Part shown: positions 13,682 to 24,115 of the stretch, in pieces | Position numbering within the stretch: the first letter of the stretch is position 1 | Layout: each line of letters begins with the position of its first letter | Source: Eledone cirrhosa | Lineage: Eukaryota | Reading direction: 5' to 3' | Assembly (NCBI GenBank): GCA_964016885.1 | Contig: CAXHJY010001683.1 | Location: 1 to 29,658, forward strand | DNA length: 29,658 bases | The notes under the pieces: model-generated | Told to the model about the DNA's origin: nothing | Databases searched by the model: none | The model's input: only the letters and a program-made list of their open reading frames with translations | Made by a program: the position numbers and the translations under genes

Positions 13682-14143
13682 CAGACGGATAGAGTGGGTC
13701 CGTAGCTTTGGTTAGCGACTACTCTAGTGCTTGCAACACAAACAATTAGGGTGAGGGTATAAATGCCAGGTTGGTATCTGGCACCGGGTAACCCACCACA
13801 CGGAGGAGAAAGCACCTTCTTCAAGACTTGGCTGTCAAATTCTTTCACATGTGTGTAGTAGTGGCACCCACACACATTATTAGCTATTTGAAAAGATGAT
13901 GGATTTCGCAACTAACTGCACCAGGGTTCCTGTTCCTCAGGGAACCACACTATATGGTATACCTGTTGATATAGGTCCAGCCCCTGCTTTCCCGGGTCCT
14001 GTTTCTCATCATAATGATCTCTAGGGATACGGGAATCAGTAGCCGGGACCTGGGGGCAACGATGGGGGACAGAGAATTCTGGGGCATGAGAGTGAGATCC
14101 ATCATCTCGACAGTAGTCGAAGAATGATGATGATGATGATGAT
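13682..14143 (+). mobile_element. Probable non-autonomous, internally deleted RTE-like element from a third family
   Basis: Ends in LINE-like C-terminal coding remnant [22 protein letters not shown]...VEE*, terminal hairpin TCGAC-AGTA-GTCGA (14107-14120) and (TGA)6 tail. 5' part is structured and non-coding, followed by a 42-codon ATG ORF (13896-14024). Confidence 0.6.
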
Positions 14144-14190
14144 ATATGTATATATATGTGTATATATATGTATATATATATGAATATATA

Positions 14191-14249
<59 letters not shown>

Positions 14250-14318
14250 GTATATATATGTGTATATGTATATGTATATGTATATATATATGTATATGTA
14301 TATGTATATATATATGTA
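14144..14318. repeat. (TA)n microsatellite tract with TATG and TACA variants
   Basis: Direct sequence. Confidence 0.95.
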
Positions 14319-16267
14319 ATTATACTTTGAACTTTGAAATGTTTTGGCCAGTATTGGCCCAGGCCATGTCTAACTTAATAGCACCACCTGGCGAAGTCTT
14401 TCAATTCAGGATTTGGGCACCATGGCCCATTCGAGAAGAGAATTACTGTTTGCGGAGACATATCCGGGTGTGGGTGGTTTGTCCGGGATTACTTGGAGGA
14501 ATTTGTCCAAAGACTTCTTGAATTTTGAGTGGTCAGTTTCTGTTTTGACGTGTCCTGGTGTGATGTTGAAGAGAGCAGGGCCGATTGAGGTGAAATAATT
14601 GTGCCGTATTGTTGTTATGAGTTGCGATTTAGATTTTTGAATGGGACGGATAGCACGGGGCCCAAGCCTTGGGTGTATCTTGAAGGCGATGCCAACATCA
14701 TTTGGGCAGTGATGATGGAACATTTTCCACATCATGCAGATAATATAACGCTCACGGCGACGTTGGAGTGAGTAAAGTTTCAGGTTTTCCAATCGACCCC
14801 AGTAGTCAAGGTCTGACATGCCATCTATCTTTTTCGTGATTGCCCTTTGAGGAGCTTCAAGTTTCATGATACTTTGTTTCGTGTGGGGAGACCACAGTGG
14901 ACAACAGTATTCAAGGTGTGGTCGGGCAAAAGTAGAGAAGAGAAGGATAATGGTGTGGGAATCTCTCGACTGGAAGGTTCTGAGGATCCAGGAACACATT
15001 CTGCGGGCCATGTCAACTTTGCTGCTTATATGCGTGGCCCAGCTTATGTTGCTGTCCACGGTTACTCCCAAGTCTCTGATGTTGTTAGATGCCACGAGAG
15101 TTTCCCCGGAGGGAAGGGAGTACGGGAGTTTCAGAGCATCCTCTTTTCCAAAGTGGATCAGTTCGAATTTGTCCTCGTTCAGTAACATGTTGTTCTTTTC
15201 TGCCCATTGGGTAACAGCCAGTAGGTCTGACTGAAGGCTTATCCGGTCATCCACGCCATTGATGACCTTTTGGAGCTTGGAATCATCAGCGAAAATTTTA
15301 ATGTTGCTGTGTTTGATGATGTCAGTGATGTCATTAATATAGATGATGAAGAGAAGTGGGCCCAACACAGTGCCTTGTGGGACTCCACTACTGACTTTGG
15401 CTGGGCTTGATTTGACTCCCTGAACTACAACATGTTGGGTTCTGTTTGACAGGAAGCTCTTGATCCACTGCAGCAGCTTTCCAGTGACACCAATATTGGA
15501 CAGCTTTCTCAGTAGAATGTTATGATCAACCCTGTCAAAGGCCTTGCTGAAATCAAGGTAGATAACATCAGTGTTGGAACCCTCTCCCAAGGCTCTCAAA
15601 ATGTCATCAAAGTGATGCAGTAGTTGCGTCAGGCAATCCCTTCCATTACGGAATCCATGCTGGTTGGAGTTCAGCATATTGTTACTCTCAAGGAAGTGGG
15701 TCATTCGCGATCTCACCACTCGCTCAAATACCTTAATGATATGAGAGGTGAGTGAGATTGGACGGTAATTCACGGCAAGGGATTTGTTTCCCTTTTTGAA
15801 AACTGGGACAACAGACTGGGATAGAAGGTTTTCTGGCACATATCCAGCATCCAGTGAGTTCCGCCACAGATTGGCAAGAGGAGAAGCAAGTTGGTGTTGA
15901 CACGCCTTCAGGACACAAGCAGGGAACCTATCGGGACCTACTGCTGAATTATGCTTGATTTCCTTTATTGCCGCCAAGACATCAGGGGCGCCAAACGTTA
16001 TGTCCGATAAGGTGTAATGGGGAGTAACATCGCCGATACAGCCCAGATCGGCCATATCAGGATTGCTGAAAACAGAGCAGTATTGTTTCTGCAGTATCGC
16101 ACCCATGGTTTTAGCATTGTCTTGAAGAGTGCCATTTTCATCAATTAGAGGGCCAACAGTAGAGCCAGTGATTTTGTGTTTTTTTGCAAATGAAAAGAAC
16201 ACTTTGGGATTGAGTTTGATCTTCTCAATGGCCCAGGCCTCTTCAGCTCTTCTCTGATTGTTGATGA
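14319..16267 (-). mobile_element. 5'-truncated CR1-group LINE, family B
   Basis: Uninterrupted RT ORF, ~85-nt 3' UTR, terminal hairpin GGCCA-N4-TGGCC (14346-14359), tail (TTCAAAG)2. Confidence 0.92.
14406..16267 (-). CDS. ORF2 reverse transcriptase (N-terminally truncated)
   Basis: [82 protein letters not shown]...SNSLL. The listed Met lies in the microsatellite and is spurious. Confidence 0.92.
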
Positions 16268-16502
16268 TATATATATACATATATAAATATATATGTATAT
16301 ATGTATATATATATGTATATATATGTATATATATATATGTATATTATATATGTATATGTATATATATATATGTATATATATATGTATATATAAATATATA
16401 TGTATATATATATGTATATATAAATATATATGTATATATATATGTATATATAAATATATATGTATATATATATGTATATATATATATATATGTATATATA
16501 TG

Positions 16503-16533
<31 letters not shown>

Positions 16534-18705
16534 GTATATATATATATGTATATATAAATATATATGTATATATATATGTATATATAAATATATATGTATA
16601 TATATATGTATATATAAATTATATGTATATATATATGTATATATAAATATATATGTATATATATATGTATATATAAATATATATGTATATATATATGTAT
16701 ATATAAATATATATGTATATATATATGTATATATAAATATATATGTATATATATATGTATATATAAATATATATGTATATATATATGTATATATAAATAT
16801 ATATGTATATATAAATATATATGTATATATATACATATATATAAATATATATGTATATATATGTATATATAAATATATATGTATATATAAATATATATGT
16901 ATATATATATGTATATATATGTATATATATATGTATATATAAATATATATGTATATATATATGTATATATAAATATATATGTAAATATATATGTATATAT
17001 ATATGTATATATAAATATATATGTATATATATATGTATATATATGTATATATATATGTATATATAAATATATATGTATATATATATGTATATATATATAT
17101 GTATATATAATATATATGTATATATATATGTGTATATATATATGTATATATAAATATATATGTATATATATATGTATATATATATATGTATATATAAATA
17201 TATATGTATATATATATGTATATATAAATATATATGTATATATATATGTATATATAATATATATGTATATATATGTATATATATGTGTATATATGTATAT
17301 ATATGTGTATATAAATATATATGTATATATATGTGTATATATGTATATATATGTGTATATATAATATATATGTATATATATGTGTATGTATGTATATATA
17401 TGTATATATAATATATATGTATATATATGTGTATGTATGTATATATAATATATGTATATATATATGTGTATGTATGTGTATGTATGTATATATATGTATA
17501 TATAAATATATATGTATATATATGTGTATGTATGTATATATATGTATATATAAATATATATGTGTATGTATGTTATATATGTATATTTAATATATATGTA
17601 TATATATGTGTATGTATGTATATATATGTATATATAAATATATATGTGTATGTATGTATATATATGTATATATAAATATATATGTATATATATGTGTATG
17701 TATGTATATATATGTATATATAAATATATATGTATATATATGTGTTTATATGTATATTAAATATATATGTATATATAAATATATATGTATATATATGTAT
17801 ATATGTATATATAAATATATATGTATATATATGTATATATAACTATATATGTATATATGTATATATAATATATATGTATATATGTATATATAAATATATA
17901 TGTATATATGTATATATATGTATATATGTATATATATGTATATATGTATATATGTATATATAAATATATATGTATATATATGTATATATAAATATATATG
18001 TATATATATGTATTATATGTATATATATGTATATATGTATATATATGTATATATAAATATATATGTATATATATGTATTATGTATATTATATGTATATAT
18101 AAATATATATGTATATATAAATATATATGTATATATAAATATATATGTATATATATGTATATATAAATATATATGTATATATAATATATATGTATATATA
18201 AATATATATGTATATATAAATATATATGTATATATAAATATATATGTATATATAAATATATATGTATATATAATATATATGTATATATATATGTATATAT
18301 AAATATATATGTATATATAAATATATATGTTATATATATATGTATATATAAATATATATGTATATATATATGTATATATAAATATATATGTATATATATA
18401 TGTATATATAAATATATATGTATATATATATATATTATAAATATATATGTATATATATGTATATATATGTATATATGTATGTATGTATATTTATATATAT
18501 GTATGTATGTATATATGTGTGTATGTATATATGTGTATGTATATATATATATGTATGTATATATATATATGTATGTATATATAGATGTGTATGTATGTAT
18601 ATATATATATGTATGTATATATAGATGTGTTGTATGTATATATATATATGTATGTATATGTATGTATGTACGTATATATATATGTATTTATATATATACA
18701 TATAC
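16268..18705. repeat. (TA)n/(TATG)n tract with TAAA variant and a 30-bp higher-order minisatellite
   Basis: ATATGTATATATATATGTATATATAAATAT repeated six times perfectly at 16621-16800. Confidence 0.97.
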
Positions 18706-19590
18706 ATCAGAAAGCTTAATTAAGAATGTAGGCTTCACATGTAGCAGCTGAGCTGGGACAGCAAGTAGCAAACAGCCACAGGAAACAAGCACCACCAAAC
18801 TCTGGGAGGGCTCTTTAGAAACAGTAGACAGCTTCTGCTACCTAGGTGACCGAATTACCAGCGGAGGTGGGTGTTCAGAAAGTACAATAACTAGGGTAAG
18901 AAGGGGATGGAAGAAGTTCAGGGAACTACTACCACTGCTAGCTGCAAAAGGCTTCTCCCTCAGAATAAAAGGCAGACTGTATGATGCATGTATCCGAACA
19001 GCAATGCTGCATGGTAGTGAGACCTGGGCGCTGAAGGTGGAAGACTTACATAGATTAGAGAGAAACGAAGCCTGCATGCTCCGATGGATGTGTAACAGTA
19101 ATATACGTGAACGACAAAGCATAAATGAATTGAGAGAGAGACTGAGCATAAGAGGAATCAAATGCTGTGTGCAGGAGAGGCGGTTGCGCTGGTATGGACA
19201 TGTGATGCGTATGAAGGAAGACAGCTGCATAAAAAGGTGCAGAGCACTAGAAGTCGATGGAAACCGCGGAATGGGGTCACGCAGTAATACAGAGTACCCG
19301 AACTCCCATGGGTACAAGCTGAAGCATATAGATAATATGCCCCCACACACCCCACTGCAAGGTGGTCGTAGAGCTGCACGGCAAAAAATCACCCAGCCCA
19401 CACTGTAAAGTGGACGTGTAGGCGCCACGAAAAAGCACCCAGCACTCACTGTAAATGAGGTTGGTGTTAGGAAGGGCATCCAGCTGTAGAAATCAAGCCA
19501 AATCAGTTCCTGTATGTACAAGACATGGTCAGCCGACAAGACATTGCCCGCAACAGGACAACCCGTCTAACCCATGCTAGCGTGGAAGAT
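18706..19590 (+). mobile_element. Degenerate RTE-clade LINE 3' fragment, subfamily B
   Basis: Translates to FTCSS*...VDSFCYLGD...[12 protein letters not shown]...MLHGSETW...[12 protein letters not shown], homologous to the 20874 ORF. Has a stop codon, an internal deletion near 19277 removing RPRKTW...DRDLWR, and no terminal GGACGTTAA(TGA)n. Confidence 0.9.
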
Positions 19591-19630
19591 ATATATATGT
19601 ATATATCTGCGTGGAAGATGTATATATATG

Positions 19631-19662
<32 letters not shown>

Positions 19663-19786
19663 TGTATGTATATATATATGTATGTATATATACATACATA
19701 TATATATACATACATATATATATACATACATGTATATATATATGTATATGTATGTGTATTTATGTATATGTATGTGTATATATGTG

Positions 19787-19832
<46 letters not shown>

Positions 19833-19870
19833 TGTATGTATATATATATGTATGTATATATATATGTATG

Positions 19871-19910
<40 letters not shown>

Positions 19911-20362
19911 TGTATGTATATATACGTATATGTATGTATATATATATATGTATGTATATATGTATGTATATATGTGTATGTATGTATATATATGTGTATG
20001 TATGTATATATATATATGTATATATATATAAGTATATATATATATAAGTATATATATATAAGTATATATATATATGTATATATATTTATGTATATATATT
20101 TATGTATATATGTATATATATGTATATATATATATATATGTATATATATGTATATATATATATGTATGTATATATATATGTATATATATATATGTATATA
20201 TATATATGTATATATATATATGTATATATATATATGTATATATATATATGTATATATATATATGTATATATATGTATATATATGTATATATGTATATATA
20301 TGTATATATGTATATATATATATGTATATATATGTATATATGTATATATATGTATATATATG

Positions 20363-20395
<33 letters not shown>

Positions 20396-20524
20396 GTATA
20401 TATATATATGTATATATTTATATGTATATATTTATATGTATATATATGTATATATATGTATATATATATATAAATATATACATATATATATATATATGTA
20501 TATATATGTATATGTATATATATA
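19591..20524. repeat. (TA)n/(TATG)n microsatellite tract
   Basis: Direct sequence; TACA patch at 19691-19730. Confidence 0.96.
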
Positions 20525-22525
20525 TCATCATCATCATCAACGTTTAACGTCCGTGTTCCACGCTTGCATGGGTTTGGACGGGGGTAGTCCCACTTGAGGC
20601 AAGAGTGATTGTCTTGCTCGCATAGGACTGTCTGGCAGGTTTTCTACAGTTGGATGCCCTTCCTAACACCAACCACATTTACAGTGTGGGTCTGGGAGGT
20701 TTTTACCGTGTTGCCTACACGGCCACATTACAGCGTGGACTGTGTGTTTTTTTGTCGTGGCACCTACACGATCTCATTTGTTTCGGCCTGGATGGCGCGG
20801 CACCAACATAACTTTACATAGAACGGGGTGGTGTGGATGGGGTGGGGGTGGTGGCGGGACGGGGTGTATTTTGTTAGAGATGCCTACTGGCAAGGCGGGT
20901 CTTCTCTGTTACTGAGTACCGCCAAAGGTCACGGTCCAGTGACATTGTCTTGGAGAGGTGTAAGTGTGTGAGGTCGGAGTTTATCAGCTCATCCCATGTT
21001 TTTCTAGGTCTGCCTATTCCGTGGCTACCGTCTATCTTTATTGCCCTGCACTTTGTAATACAGCTATCGACTTTCATGCGCATCACGTGTCCATACCAAC
21101 GCAGCCTTCTCTCGAGTAAACAGCATCTGATCCCTCTTATCTCTAATTTTTTCCTTAGTTCGTTTATGCTTTGCCGTTCACGTATATTACTGTTACACAT
21201 CCAGCGGAGCATGCAAGCTTCGTTCCTCTCTAGTCTGCGTATATCCTCTGCACACAATGCCCAGGTCTCACTACCATGCAACATTGCTGTTCGTATGCAG
21301 GCATCGTACAACCTGCCTTTCATTTTTAGGGAGAACCCTTTAGCAGCTAATAGTGGTATAAGCTCTCTGAACTTTTTCCAACCAGTTCTGACTCTAGCTA
21401 CAGTACTTTCAGAGCACCCTCCCCCACTGCTGATTTTATCGCCCAGGTAACGGAAGCTGTCCACTATTTCTATAGAACCCTCTGCGCAATTGAAAGAGCT
21501 AGTATTTTGTGGGCACTTGCTGCTGCTTATTGCACCAGAACACCGGCCACATGTAAAGTCTATGTTCTTAGTTAGCTTACCTGTGATCCCACTACATCTT
21601 TTATGCACCCATACTTTGCATTTAGGACATAAGATGGAGTTTCTACCTACGCCTTTCCTACATACCGAGCACGACCATTTCCCAGAAGGGACCGCCGCCT
21701 TGTTTTCTTTCCTACAAACTAGAACTTTGGTCTTAGCCAGGTTAATTTTAAGTCCTTTTGACTCTAGGCCGTGCTTCCATGTTTGGAATTTCTTCTCTAG
21801 CTCGGCCATTGATTCCGCTATGAGTGTCAGGTCGTCTGCGTATAGGAGTTCCCATGGGCAGCCTGTCTTGAACTCCTCTGTTATAGCCTGAAGGGCAATA
21901 ATAAATAGTAGGGGGCTGAGAACAGAGCCCTGATGGACGCCAACTTTTACGCTAAACTCTTCACTATATTCGTTGTTAATTCTAACCTTGCTGACTGTTT
22001 CTTTATACATGGCTTGTATAGCCCTCACAAGCCATTCGTCAACGCCTAGTTTTCTAAGAGCCCACCAGATAATGGAGCGGGGGACTCTGTCGAAGGCTTT
22101 CTCCAGGTCGACAAAAGCTAAGTAGAGGGGTTTACCTTTAGCTAGGTACTTCTCCTGTAGTTGTCGTACTATGAAAAGAGCGTCTGTGGTGCTTTTGCCT
22201 GACACAAACCCGAACTGCATTTCATCTAGATCAATTCTCTCTCTGATTAGTTGCGCTATTACTTTTTCCGTGACCTTCATGACCTGGTCGATTAATTTAA
22301 TGCCTCTATAGTTACTCCTATCTAGGGCGTCTCCTTTACCCTTATAACAGTTAACGATGATGCTGCTATGCCAGTCCTTCGGAACAACCCCATTCTGTAC
22401 GACTTGGTTAACTATGCGGGTGACCATGGTGTGTCCCACCGTGCCAGATGCCTTCAGCATCTCAGCAACTATTTCCGAAGGCCCAGCCGCCTTACCAGTC
22501 TTCATATCCTTGATTGCCTTACTTA
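20525..22525 (-). mobile_element. 5'-truncated RTE-clade LINE, subfamily A
   Basis: RT ORF, ~350-nt 3' UTR and (TGA)n tail. Confidence 0.94.
20874..22525 (-). CDS. RTE reverse transcriptase with embedded PHD-type zinc finger (N-terminally truncated)
   Basis: [58 protein letters not shown], then CSVC..CPKC..WVHKRC..FTCGRC, then [27 protein letters not shown]. No internal stops. Confidence 0.93.
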
Positions 22526-22830
22526 TTATGTATATATGTATATATATATATTATGTATATATGTATATATATATATTATGTATATATGTATATATATATA
22601 TATGTATATATGTATATATATATATATATGTATATATGTATATATATATATATATGTATGTATATATATATGTATATATATATGTATATATATATGTATA
22701 TATATATGTATATATATATGTATATATATATATATATGTATATATATATGTATATATATATATATATGTATATATATATGTATATATATATGTATATATA
22801 TATATATATGTATATATATATGTATATATG

Positions 22831-22877
<47 letters not shown>

Positions 22878-23037
22878 GTATATATGTGTATATATATATG
22901 TATATATGTATATATATATATATATGTATATATGTATATATATATAATATATATATATGTATATATATATGTATATATATATATATGTATATATGTATAT
23001 ATGTATATATGTATATATATGTATATATGTATATATG

Positions 23038-23084
<47 letters not shown>

Positions 23085-23099
23085 GTATATATATATATG

Positions 23100-23162
<63 letters not shown>

Positions 23163-23187
23163 GTATATATATATATGTATATATGTA

Positions 23188-23248
<61 letters not shown>

Positions 23249-23395
23249 GTATATATATATATGTATATATATATATGTATATATGTATATATATATGTGT
23301 ATATATATATGTATATATATATATGTATATATATATATGTGTATATATATATGTATATATATATATGTATATATATATATGTATATATATATATG

Positions 23396-23474
<79 letters not shown>

Positions 23475-23501
23475 GTATATATATATGTATATATATATAT
23501 G

Positions 23502-23580
<79 letters not shown>

Positions 23581-23649
23581 GTATATATATATATGTATAT
23601 ATGTATATATGTATATATGTATATATGTATATATATATATGTATATATA
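22526..23649. repeat. (TA)n/(TATG)n microsatellite tract
   Basis: Direct sequence; begins with a 25-bp unit repeated three times. Confidence 0.97.
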
Positions 23650-23989
23650 TCATCATCATCATTTCATTTTACGTCCGCTTTTCCCTGCTTGCAAGGGTGG
23701 GACGGGAACTGATTCTGGCTTGATTTCTACAGCTGGATGTCCTTCCTAACACCAACCTCATTTACAGTGAGTGCTGGGTGCTTTTTTGCCGTGGCACCTC
23801 CACGACCACTTTGCAGTGGAATGATAGGGACCCCAGTCCCTATCATCTCATTTCTGCAGCTGAGTAAACTGGAGCAATGTGAAATAAAGTGTCTTGCTCA
23901 AGGAAACAACACATCACCGCGTCTGAGAATTGAACTCACAACCTTTCGATTGCAAGGCCAATTCTCTAACCACTAAGCCATGTGCCTCC
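23650..23989 (-). mobile_element. tRNA-derived CORE-SINE with RTE-derived 3' half (long copy)
   Basis: A box TGGCTTAGTGG, B box GAGTTCAATTCTC, CORE domain, 11-bp hairpin, ~81 nt nearly identical to RTE-B 3' UTR (19430-19510), (TGA)n tail. Confidence 0.9.
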
Positions 23990-24044
23990 ATGTATGTATA
24001 TATATATGTATATGTATGTATGTGTATATATGTATATATATGTA

Positions 24045-24114
<70 letters not shown>
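23990..24114. repeat. (TA)n/(TATG)n microsatellite tract
   Basis: Direct sequence. Confidence 0.95.

Positions 24115-24115
<1 letters not shown>

Noticed and set aside
13682-13760. HDV-like ribozyme in the leader of the bipartite element
   Set aside because: No room for P3/L3 between candidate P2 and P1 strands; only a simple pseudoknot is supportable.
12413-21167. Segmental duplication or LTR pair formed by the two RTE-A copies
   Set aside because: Identity is confined to the element's 3' part, the 5' truncation points differ and there are ~10 substitutions: independent insertions.
925-21891. Short antisense or alternate-frame ORFs overlapping the RT genes
   Set aside because: Shadow ORFs with no recognisable motifs.
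615-23989. Target-site duplications around the inserts
   Set aside because: Cannot be resolved because both flanks are the same low-complexity repeat.
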